A DNA stretch of 64,000 bases, taken from positions 48,931 to 112,930 of the forward strand of contig JACQIB010000005.1 in assembly GCA_016198755.1 (NCBI GenBank), in the 5' to 3' direction. Origin of the DNA: Candidatus Aenigmatarchaeota archaeon. GTDB taxonomy: Archaea; Aenigmatarchaeota; Aenigmatarchaeia; Aenigmatarchaeales; JACQIB01. The number at the start of each line of letters is the position of its first letter. Positions within the stretch are counted from its first letter, which is position 1. The notes beneath the pieces were generated by a model, which saw only the letters and a program-made list of their open reading frames with translations, had not been told where the DNA came from and made no database searches. Positions 23,182 through 31,110 of this stretch are shown here, piece after piece. The position numbers were made by a program, and so were the translations under genes.

Positions 23182-24369
23182 CTATGGTTTCCCTCCTTCG
23201 TCATTATAAATAGTTTCCCAGTCAATTTCTGGTTTGGCATTCTTTTGAGGTGCGGACTTTTTTCTCCTGCCAAACAAAGTCCACTTTCTTTTGGGAGGTC
23301 CTTCTACTACTGTTATGCCTGATTGAGGAACTGGAACTGATACGGGATTAGAAGGTATTGTAGGTCCTACAAGAGCTGTTAAACAACTTTGATAAAATTG
23401 TTCTGTCGGTCCCCTCAATTCAACATTATCACCCATACCAGCTAGGTCTCCTTTTGCCTTCAAAAGAGCATTCATAATATTTCTTTGTTTATCAGTTACC
23501 CACAAAACAGCAGACTCCCCATCCCCATCTAAAGGAACTACACCTTTTATTTTAGAAACCATAACTGAACCGGGTTTGTCTAAACTATATCTACCTTTCC
23601 TGAGTGTATCCAAAACACCGTCTGCATCTGTTTGTGTCATATTAATTAATCTTAATTGTTTTCCGGTATTTTGCCTTCTTAGATATTCCACTGCACCAGG
23701 TGTTAAATAAAGTTTAACTTCACCACCATCAAACCTTCTTATTTTTATTCCCGGCAGGCCTTCAGGAACCTCTTCATTATAGCCTACTCCGCCTTCTCCT
23801 GCAGATTCAACTCTTATTTGAATTGTTTTTACATTACTTTCTGCTCCATGTGAAGATGTTTCTGAACCTCCTTTAGTATCCTCATGAAATTCAGATGGAA
23901 GATTGTCGATCATGACAGTGTTCCAGTAAGCAGCAAATGATTTTGCATCTTCTCCACTAACCTCGTAATTGCCATTTCCAACATCTTTTACTGTTAATTT
24001 GAATCTCTTACCTAAACCTTCGCTATCAAAAACCTCTTTTCTTATCTTATCTAGATAGAATACACTTGAATCAGTACGTTGTTTACTGCCCGGGAGCTCT
24101 GCTACACTTTGTCCAGTATCTTCGTAAACAGGATCAAGATCAGAATTAGTTGCCTTTTTCCATGCATCTCTTATTCTTTCAGCATCTTGACCTTCTACTA
24201 AGTATCCAGTATTATCCTTTGTGGGGGTTATTGTAATATCTAGGATTCTATCCCAAGCTCTTCTTTTGATTTCTGTAAGATATGTTGCGTTTATAACATA
24301 CCCCTTTACATTCCTGTTTTCTGGACTCTGAGCTTTTGGTTCTTTAGAATCTTCTGCTGCACCTTCCAT
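23182..24369 (-). CDS. modular protein with internal duplication and the central module shared with the 532-aa protein
   Basis: 395 aa. Internal repeat: YLTEIKRRAWDRILDITITPTKDNTGYLVEGQDAERIRDAWKKA versus YLDKIRKEVFDSEGLGKRFKLTVKDVGNGNYEVSGEDAKSFAAYWNTV. Later TPGAVEYLRRQNTGK...KIKGVVPLD matches the neighbouring protein. Confidence 0.8.
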   Translation of the reverse strand: MEGAAEDSKEPKAQSPENRNVKGYVINATYLTEIKRRAWDRILDITITPTKDNTGYLVEGQDAERIRDAWKKATNSDLDPVYEDTGQSVAELPGSKQRTDSSVFYLDKIRKEVFDSEGLGKRFKLTVKDVGNGNYEVSGEDAKSFAAYWNTVMIDNLPSEFHEDTKGGSETSSHGAESNVKTIQIRVESAGEGGVGYNEEVPEGLPGIKIRRFDGGEVKLYLTPGAVEYLRRQNTGKQLRLINMTQTDADGVLDTLRKGRYSLDKPGSVMVSKIKGVVPLDGDGESAVLWVTDKQRNIMNALLKAKGDLAGMGDNVELRGPTEQFYQSCLTALVGPTIPSNPVSVPVPQSGITVVEGPPKRKWTLFGRRKKSAPQKNAKPEIDWETIYNDEGGKP

Positions 24370-24372
24370 ATT

Positions 24373-25068
24373 TTATCCCCCAAATCTTTTTGCACGTGCA
24401 TCAGTGTCACTCAGTATTCTTTCTATTCTCCTATCAAGAGCTACGTCTACACTTGCACCTGCATATGCAACCATTCCCCTGTAAAGTGGACTCTGAGCTA
24501 TCTTTAATCCTTCCATTACACCGGCGAATGTAGCGCCATCATATCCCCTATATTCTACTTGTGCATTTCCAACAATTACATTATGTGGTGTTCCAGGAGG
24601 AAATGCCTGATAAAAGCCTATACCTTCCTGTAATCCAGCAATACGCTTACCTGCATCCTCTTTTACTCTAATTAGAGCTTGTTTCTTTACTTCTTTTAAT
24701 GTATCTGGTTTTTCTATGTTTCTACTCGCTATAAGTGCCGCATCAGATGATGCAGTCAACTCAGACGCAGGCTTAATTCCCTGTGTAGTAGCTGTATAAA
24801 TTGCATCTGCTTTCTGATAACCTCCACCGAAAGCTATGCCTCTAAAAAAGCGGTATACATCTCTCAAACCTATTACACCTAGCAATGGTCCAATTCCAAG
24901 ATCCTCCCAATCCATCCTTTCTGCAATTGTTAATGTTGCATCGGGCTGCCTCTCCTTTCTTCCTCCGGCAGTTAACACTGTCTGCTCTGCTCCTAGAATT
25001 ACATCTATAGGATCATTCTTATCGGGAGGAAGTGACTCCGGTACAAGAACTGTTGTTGTTGGTGCCAT
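24373..25068 (-). CDS. hypothetical protein
   Basis: 231 aa with clean ATG and AGTGATAAAAT upstream. Its stop is embedded in the GGGGGATAAAATATG start region of the next gene. No motif recognised. Confidence 0.7.
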   Translation of the reverse strand: MAPTTTVLVPESLPPDKNDPIDVILGAEQTVLTAGGRKERQPDATLTIAERMDWEDLGIGPLLGVIGLRDVYRFFRGIAFGGGYQKADAIYTATTQGIKPASELTASSDAALIASRNIEKPDTLKEVKKQALIRVKEDAGKRIAGLQEGIGFYQAFPPGTPHNVIVGNAQVEYRGYDGATFAGVMEGLKIAQSPLYRGMVAYAGASVDVALDRRIERILSDTDARAKRFGG

Positions 25069-25164
25069 ATTTTATCACTCATTATTTGGCAGCAAAACAA
25101 TAAATCCTGAGTGTGAAATTGTTTTACTACCTAATAGTAGTATGTATTAACTAGTATATAAAGC

Positions 25165-26367
25165 CTACTGTTCGGGTGTTCCACCATTTCCCTTTTGCAA
25201 CTCTTCCATCATTCTGCGCCTTATTTTGCTTAGTTCCACATCATCTGAATCAGATGGCTCTACTGGAGGGCTGGATTTTACTTTCTCTGCTACTCTCGCG
25301 GTTTCTGAGTCCGGAGACCTTTCACCAAAACCTAAATCCGCCAATACTCTCTTTTTGTTTTCATCGTCTTGAGATGGCTCAACAGGAACACCACTTTTTA
25401 TTTCTTCTAAAACTCTATCTGTTTCTGGATCCATAGCCCTTCCGCTTGGTACTCCAGTACCCTGGCCTGCTTCTGGTTTATCATTCCGCACAGGTGGAAC
25501 ATATCCTGGAACTGGTTTATCAGAAGGCGGCTCGTATGTTGTAGAGACATGAGCTCCTGCAGCATAATCACCTAAACCTGGAGTTTTAGCAGGTTCATCA
25601 CTCTCAAACTCTGCTCCACAACATCCGCACCTAGCATCAGCAGCGCCAACATCTGCACCACACGATGGGCACTCGAAAGCTTCTAATTTTTCGTCTTCTC
25701 CTTTTGGAGAATCTTCTCCATCTCCGCGATCAAGTCTTGTGAGTCTTGGACTACCGAAACCTTTATCCTTGGAGATTTTTAACCTGTCTAAAGCAACCCC
25801 TACAAGCATCTGGGCTTTTCTTAGATTATTTTCATAATGCAGATCTCCACTGCCCTTCCTCTCTGCTGCCTGTAAATGAAGCATTGCTGCAGTCACATCA
25901 GCCCCTACCTTCTCTGCAGCTTCTATATACCCCCTAACTCTTTCCATCTTAGGATCTAAAATAAGAACGCGACTTGACCTGTATGGAGGTGCGGGTGGAA
26001 CTGGCGCCCTTCTTGGCGGTGATGGAGCAGGTCGGGAAGATGAAGGATTAGGATTATGACCTGCCGGAGGAGTTGGAATTCTCCTTGGAGGTTCATAACC
26101 AGAAGATTCTACTGTAGCTGGAGGAAGCGTTATAGGAAGTGCAGTGGGTTTCCTGCTTATTGCTATAGTCAGCCTATCCTGAATATCTTCTATTCTTGAA
26201 TCAACTCCAAATTTGCCTTTATAGGGAGTTAAAGCATTCAGAGCAAGTTGGTAAGCTTGTGCAGCTGAACCATAATCATGTAACCTTGCTAATCTGTCTC
26301 CTGCTCTTACGTAAGCATCTGCTCCAGCAACTTCCTTTCTCTTTTTAGTAATAAGGAGTAATTTCAT
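25165..26367 (-). CDS. protein with TPR-like N-terminus, Pro-rich linker, 4-Cys zinc ribbon and tandem acidic C-terminal repeats
   Basis: 400 aa. Features: AYVRAGDRLARLHDYGSAAQAYQLALNAL; PPAGHNPNPSSSRPAPSPPRRAPVPPAPP; CPSCGADVGAADARCGCCGAEF; repeat ETDRVLEEIKSGVPVEPSQDDE / ETARVAEKVKSSPPVEPSDSDD. Confidence 0.8.
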   Translation of the reverse strand: MKLLLITKKRKEVAGADAYVRAGDRLARLHDYGSAAQAYQLALNALTPYKGKFGVDSRIEDIQDRLTIAISRKPTALPITLPPATVESSGYEPPRRIPTPPAGHNPNPSSSRPAPSPPRRAPVPPAPPYRSSRVLILDPKMERVRGYIEAAEKVGADVTAAMLHLQAAERKGSGDLHYENNLRKAQMLVGVALDRLKISKDKGFGSPRLTRLDRGDGEDSPKGEDEKLEAFECPSCGADVGAADARCGCCGAEFESDEPAKTPGLGDYAAGAHVSTTYEPPSDKPVPGYVPPVRNDKPEAGQGTGVPSGRAMDPETDRVLEEIKSGVPVEPSQDDENKKRVLADLGFGERSPDSETARVAEKVKSSPPVEPSDSDDVELSKIRRRMMEELQKGNGGTPEQ

Positions 26368-26400
26368 TCTTATTACTGTATGGTAGTTAATATTTAAAGC

Positions 26401-26652
26401 TTACTGTTCTGGGCGCTGGAAGACTCCAAGCTGTGTGCAAATCTCCAGTATAGCCCAAGCCCAGATTACTGCCTCAAAGGCTCTAACTAAGTCACCGGAG
26501 CCTAGAAAGTGCTTTGAGTCGGAAATATAGGCTTTCATGTTTTCCATCATTTCTTCTCCTTTTTCGTCTGAGAGTTGTATTTGGTCTATAAATGGCTCTA
26601 TTTTATCCAGCCACTTTTCAACTTCTTTCTCTGTCAGTTTCAACTTGTCCAT
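26401..26652 (-). CDS. small helical protein, possibly DUF357 family
   Basis: 83 aa. ...AYISDSKHFLGSGDLVRAFEAVIWAWAILEICTQLG fits my recollection of the DUF357 pattern. Not verified. Confidence 0.4.
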   Translation of the reverse strand: MDKLKLTEKEVEKWLDKIEPFIDQIQLSDEKGEEMMENMKAYISDSKHFLGSGDLVRAFEAVIWAWAILEICTQLGVFQRPEQ

Positions 26653-26703
26653 TCTATCTCCCCGGTCTGTTTCTTGCGCTGCAAAATTTGGAGCTGGCTG
26701 TAT

Positions 26704-27477
26704 TTATTGGCTGCGGGTGGCCTTGAGTTTTTCCAATATAGATTTTTTGACAGACTTGAACTCCGGCACCATTGGTATAAGTGGGTCTAGTTCAGAGTTC
26801 CAGATAGCCTCTTTAAGGTTCAGGTGCTTTTCAAATTTACCTGGGCTCCAGCTTTCCCTATAATATTCCAGTTTTTTATCTGTCAATTCCTTATCAAAGG
26901 AAACTCCTTTCTCAAGCAGGAACCAAAGATCATAAACATCCCTGGCTTTTGTTCGGCTCATTATAGCCCTGACCTTTTCAGCCAGTATTTCCCTTTCGTC
27001 CATTACTAGGACATCAAACTCCGGTAGTTCCTCAATAAATCTCCCAACGGTTTTAATTAGTGGTTTCAAGGTTACATTTTCCCTAAAGCTAAAGTCTATG
27101 ATAAAATTGCAAATGCTGTGCCTTACACCAAGATATAACGGTCCAGTTATTCTAAGAATAATTTTTAAACCGTTTTCATACTCCTTTGTCTCAATTTCGT
27201 ACTCTATACCAAATCTTTTCAGTCCAGACTCTAATTTTTTAGTGTCTACCTTGCCTACGCATGTAAAATCCAAATCTTCTGAAAACCTGTTCAGACCATA
27301 GCATTTTTTTAAGGCAGTGCCACCCTTAAAAATAAGGGTGTTTCCATACTCTTGGTAGAGAATAAACAATATTATATTCTGGATATAGTCCTTTTCTGCT
27401 TGGCCTAGATTTTTTAGACCTGCAACTTTTGCATAGTTTTTTAATTCTTCCTTTTGTATCATATCTTTAGCCTCCAT
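26704..27477 (-). CDS. abiEii: nucleotidyltransferase toxin, AbiEii/DUF1814 family
   Basis: 257 aa. LIFKGGTALKKCYGLNRFSEDLDFT is the characteristic NTase motif. 19-nt overlap with the upstream AbiEi-like gene. Confidence 0.8.
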   Translation of the reverse strand: MEAKDMIQKEELKNYAKVAGLKNLGQAEKDYIQNIILFILYQEYGNTLIFKGGTALKKCYGLNRFSEDLDFTCVGKVDTKKLESGLKRFGIEYEIETKEYENGLKIILRITGPLYLGVRHSICNFIIDFSFRENVTLKPLIKTVGRFIEELPEFDVLVMDEREILAEKVRAIMSRTKARDVYDLWFLLEKGVSFDKELTDKKLEYYRESWSPGKFEKHLNLKEAIWNSELDPLIPMVPEFKSVKKSILEKLKATRSQ

Positions 27478-28145
27478 TTACTATATGTTTTTTCCCATTT
27501 CTTTGAGAATGGATTTAAAACGACATAGTTTTTGTCTAAGATAAAGTTGTGAGATATATCCACGCTCTTAATAGTTTCCAGTAAATAACCGACTCGCTTA
27601 ATAACATTGTTATTGCCTGTGATCTGGAGGTATTTAACAACTTTATCCTCATCTATTTTTGCGTTCTCAAATATTTTTATTATTTCGTCAAAATTTCCAC
27701 ATTCCTTTGGTCTCAGAAAACAGTCTATTAAAAGCTTTTCATCCTCTGCAATAAAAATATCCCCCTCGTCCGTTCTTATTTTTTTATAGCCAAAAACTGG
27801 CTTAATGGAAACAAATTTTATATCGTACCCTTCAAACTTTATTGGGACGGCTCTTCTTGTGGTCGCGACCTGAACAGTGTTAAGAATCTGTTCTGTGTAA
27901 CCAAGAAAGTAGGATGCTGACCAGAACGAGATATAGGAAGGATAAACTATGTTGCTAGCTATCAAGAAAATGCTGTCCTTTGTGGTGTAAGCGTTTCTTT
28001 TTATCTTTTTTACTAACCCTCTTTGTTTTAACCTGTTCAAAATCAACTTTGCATATATTCCCTTACAATACCCAATACGCTCTATATCTTGTATCTTAAA
28101 GACCGCTTTAGCTCTAAGCTTATCTAAAAGTTCTATCGCTTTCAT
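27459..28145 (-). CDS. abiEi: AbiEi-family antitoxin / transcriptional regulator (N-terminal wHTH)
   Basis: 228 aa. Motifs: ...LILNRLKQRGLVKKIKRNAYT...YPSYISFWSASYFLGYTEQ...IFIAEDEKLLIDCF. It precedes and overlaps the AbiEii gene. Palindromic operators lie in its promoter. Confidence 0.7.
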   Translation of the reverse strand: MKAIELLDKLRAKAVFKIQDIERIGYCKGIYAKLILNRLKQRGLVKKIKRNAYTTKDSIFLIASNIVYPSYISFWSASYFLGYTEQILNTVQVATTRRAVPIKFEGYDIKFVSIKPVFGYKKIRTDEGDIFIAEDEKLLIDCFLRPKECGNFDEIIKIFENAKIDEDKVVKYLQITGNNNVIKRVGYLLETIKSVDISHNFILDKNYVVLNPFSKKWEKTYSKWRLKI

Positions 28146-28176
28146 ATTATATTGTTTCTTGTTTTATGTATATAAA

Positions 28177-28261
28177 GTTATCATTTTTGATAACTATCAC
28201 TATACTTTATAGGAAAATATCTTATTTCAATTCTATATAATGATCAAATTTGATAACTATC
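28177..28261. promoter_or_regulatory. putative AbiEi operator pair overlapping the promoter
   Basis: Inverted repeat gttatcatttttgataac (28177-28194) and palindrome atcaaatttgat (28243-28254). Both are followed by the direct repeat tttgataactatc (28186-28198 and 28249-28261). A TATA-like tttatata on the minus strand (28169-28176) lies about 25-30 nt upstream of the ATG at 28145. Confidence 0.45.
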
Positions 28262-28286
28262 TGGCAATTTTTTAGGAACTGCAGAC

Positions 28287-29012
28287 CTATTTGCTGTAAG
28301 TTTCCAGAGCTTCCTTTTCCTTAAAGTGGAGCTTTCCTGGCAAAATTAGAACTGCAGGGTATGGGAACCTTTTCTCCAGCAGTTCTTTTACAGGCGCGTA
28401 AACTATAGTTTGCTCTGGGGTTCCTAAAGCTGCTGCAGCAACAAATTTTTCTGCTGGCTTTGTTATTTTGGCTTTTAACAAAAACTTTAAAGCATCCACA
28501 GGGCCCATGTATAGGTTTACTTCAGAGTCTAAGTCTAAAAGCAATAGTGTATGTAAACCGAGCTTTTTGTTGCCTTCTATTGTTTCTTTCACAGCAGTTA
28601 GTTGGCCTGTAAATGGAATAGTAGCTGTGCGTCCGAACTTGTAGAGTTGGAGACCTGTTTCAGCTATTACAGAAAAAATGCTTACAGAATGGAAAACCTT
28701 ACAGGGAACAGACTGCTTTTTGCACTCAAGCAAAAGCTCCATATGGGTTGTGGCTGATAGAGGGTCTCCGATTATCAGAACAGCAATATTTTTCTCCTTT
28801 GCTCTTTCAACTAGCAAGACAGAATCATCCTCCAAACCCTTCCTTTTAAGCAAAACAGGTTTTTTCCCCATTGCCTTTTCTATATCAGCTGCAGAACCTT
28901 TCCAGAGGGAAGTATATTGTTCTATATACAGCTCATCAGCTGCTTTTCCAGCTTCTATTCCACCAACTGTTAAGTCTGCTGGGGAAAGGCCTATTCCAAT
29001 AAGGTAGAGCAT
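28287..29012 (-). CDS. dph5: diphthine synthase
   Basis: 241 aa. It starts MLYLIGIGLSPADLTVGGIEA..., has the length of a tetrapyrrole-methylase-fold protein, and includes ...LIIGDPLSATTH. Confidence 0.85.
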   Translation of the reverse strand: MLYLIGIGLSPADLTVGGIEAGKAADELYIEQYTSLWKGSAADIEKAMGKKPVLLKRKGLEDDSVLLVERAKEKNIAVLIIGDPLSATTHMELLLECKKQSVPCKVFHSVSIFSVIAETGLQLYKFGRTATIPFTGQLTAVKETIEGNKKLGLHTLLLLDLDSEVNLYMGPVDALKFLLKAKITKPAEKFVAAAALGTPEQTIVYAPVKELLEKRFPYPAVLILPGKLHFKEKEALETYSK

Positions 29013-29041
29013 ATGGGAAATTAGTATGTAAAGTTTATAAC

Positions 29042-29614
29042 CTATAACAGGGCCAGCACCCTTTTCCTTAAAATTGCTGGGTATGATTTCAGATAGTCAT
29101 TAAGCTTTTCCCTGTCTATGCGCTTTCTGAACTCCCTTATTGTTTCCTTATCCAGATATTGGTTGAAATAGACAAAATCTATAAGTGTTTTTTCTATGTC
29201 AGAAACTGGAAAATAAAAATCCCCCTGTTTTATCATTTCAAAGCCAAACAGGTATTTTGGTTTTATCCTATGCAGGAAAACCTTGTTTTCAAAAACCATT
29301 ACTTTTCTGTGTTTAACCTTCTGGGCGGTAACTATAATTGTTACTGTTTCCTGCTCCCATAGATTATGTATGCTAAGTGCCTCATTCAAACCTAGATAAG
29401 CTGGTCTGTAGCAAAACACAGCAAGTGTTGGATCATCTTGGAGGGAATAAAACCCTTTTTTAATTCTATTTAACTCCCCCCTCTTTATCATGTTATTTAC
29501 TAGCAGATAACTATAATTTTTGTTCCTTACATCTATGTTTATGTCCCCGAGTGTGGCTACTGGAGTTTTTTTCAGAAATTCCCTTATTTGCTTTATGTAT
29601 TTTATTCTGCCCAT
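29042..29614 (-). CDS. abiEi: AbiEi-like antitoxin (second copy)
   Basis: 190 aa, colinear with the 27459..28145 product: RGELNRIKKGFYS / RGLVKKIKRNAYT; RPAYLGLNEALSIHNLWEQ / YPSYISFWSASYFLGYTEQ; SDIEKTLIDFVYF / EDEKLLIDCF. Confidence 0.65.
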   Translation of the reverse strand: MGRIKYIKQIREFLKKTPVATLGDINIDVRNKNYSYLLVNNMIKRGELNRIKKGFYSLQDDPTLAVFCYRPAYLGLNEALSIHNLWEQETVTIIVTAQKVKHRKVMVFENKVFLHRIKPKYLFGFEMIKQGDFYFPVSDIEKTLIDFVYFNQYLDKETIREFRKRIDREKLNDYLKSYPAILRKRVLALL

Positions 29615-30249
29615 CTTTTAATACCCTCCAACATCTCGGACATTCTGGGAGTGACGCCAGAGAAAACCAACTGCTCCAAGTTTTCCGGGTCCACGGGCTC
29701 TTTGAACCCCTTTATAAATTCCTTAAGGGAAGATTTCAGATTTCCGCCATTTGTAATCCTTAAAAGGAAATATATATCATAGAGATCCCTTATTTTTCTT
29801 CTCTCCTTATAGGTTGCCAGTTTTTCTTTTAACAGCTCTTCTGGGGAGAGCATATTTATGTTGAGAAACGTCCCGTCTGAGAGCTCAAAAGGTTTTGTTA
29901 CAAAGGTCTTTTTATTCTGAAAAACTGCTTCAAACCTTAGTATAATGCTGGAATAGGAAAATTTTGAGTATATTGAACGGTGCTTTTCTCTAAATTTTAT
30001 AGTTCCAAACCCCTTGTTCTCAAGGCTTTTTTGGAATTTAATTAAATCCTCAGAATTGCTTAAATCCTCAGGAAGGTAAACGTCTATATCCTCTGAAAAT
30101 CTATTGCTTCCATAACATCTCCATATTGCAGTGCCTCCGTGCAGGACAGCTTTTGGAATAATTCTAAAAAGCTCAGAAACCATGATATCCTGAGCTAGAG
30201 CCAGCTCTTTTTGTCCCCGTTTTCTCAGCCTGCTCATAAGCGGCAACAT
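29602..30249 (-). CDS. abiEii: AbiEii/DUF1814-like nucleotidyltransferase (second copy, short)
   Basis: 215 aa. VLHGGTAIWRCYGSNRFSEDIDVYL matches the NTase motif. Here it lies upstream of, and overlaps by 13 nt, its AbiEi-like partner. Confidence 0.75.
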   Translation of the reverse strand: MLPLMSRLRKRGQKELALAQDIMVSELFRIIPKAVLHGGTAIWRCYGSNRFSEDIDVYLPEDLSNSEDLIKFQKSLENKGFGTIKFREKHRSIYSKFSYSSIILRFEAVFQNKKTFVTKPFELSDGTFLNINMLSPEELLKEKLATYKERRKIRDLYDIYFLLRITNGGNLKSSLKEFIKGFKEPVDPENLEQLVFSGVTPRMSEMLEGIKRWAE

Positions 30250-30381
30250 ATTATATATTGTGCCATCCTTATATATAAATATATGTTTGGCTTAATGTAC
30301 TTGGTTATACAGCTTCCTTCTTTTGATTAAGAAAAGCTTATACATACCCATAGCTTACACTGAATCGTATTAGGTGGTTAG

Positions 30382-31110
30382 ATGAGGCTGGCTTTTGATG
30401 TTATTGGGGGGAAGGAGGGGGCTGTTGCTGTTATTGAGGGGACTGATAAAACTGCAGCAAAAGAGATAATGGAAAGGCATAAAAACGTACAGGCTGTTTT
30501 CGGGAAAGTTGGGGAGAGAAGGGGAGAATACAGACTATATAAGCTTAAACTACTGGCTGGTAAACCCAGTGAAGTTGTACACAGGGAAAGCGGGCTTTTG
30601 TTTAAGCTGGATCCTAGGAAAGTTTACTTTTCCCCGCGCGAAAGTACTGAGAGGCAGCGCTGTGCTGAGCTTGTTGGAAAAAAAGAAAATATTCTTGTAT
30701 TGTTTGCAGGTGCAGGACCGCTGGCTATTGCTATTGCGAAAAAGCAGCCCTATGCAAAGGTTGTGGCTGTGGAAAAGAATCCTGCTGCTGTTAAATACGC
30801 GCAGGAAAATGTGAAACTTAACAGAACAATGAATGTTTCTGTTTTGAAAGCTGATGCTGCAAAGTTTAAGAGTAAAGAGAAATTTGACAGAATTTTCATG
30901 CCTTTGCCTGAGGGAGCAACGGGGTTTTTGCCTGTTGTCAAAAAGTTAGTTAAGCCAAAAGGCATAGTGTATCTGTATACACTCTCGCATGAGAAAACTC
31001 TGTTTAGGGATGTTAAGGGACTGGATAGCTGGAAAATTGTTGGACAACAGAGAGTTCTTCCTTACGCACCCAGAGTTTGGAAGGTTAGGATTGATTTGAG
31101 ACCAATATAA
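30382..31110 (+). CDS. trm5: Met-10+/Trm5-type SAM-dependent tRNA methyltransferase
   Basis: 242 aa. Motifs: FDVIGG...; YRLYKLKLLAG; KVYFSPRESTERQR; SAM motif VLFAGAGPLAIAIAK...VVAVEKNPAAVKYAQENVKLN. GGTGG lies 5 nt before the ATG. Trm5 versus Taw2 cannot be resolved by eye. Confidence 0.7.
   Translation: MRLAFDVIGGKEGAVAVIEGTDKTAAKEIMERHKNVQAVFGKVGERRGEYRLYKLKLLAGKPSEVVHRESGLLFKLDPRKVYFSPRESTERQRCAELVGKKENILVLFAGAGPLAIAIAKKQPYAKVVAVEKNPAAVKYAQENVKLNRTMNVSVLKADAAKFKSKEKFDRIFMPLPEGATGFLPVVKKLVKPKGIVYLYTLSHEKTLFRDVKGLDSWKIVGQQRVLPYAPRVWKVRIDLRPI

Noticed and set aside
17862-26652. Interpretation of the orphan cluster as an integrated virus or plasmid
   Set aside because: I could find no integrase, terminase, capsid-like, replication-initiator or att-like repeat in or around the cluster. 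Gene orientation and packing are continuous with the chromosome. The idea cannot be excluded without structure or profile searches, so it is mentioned under the finding rather than called.
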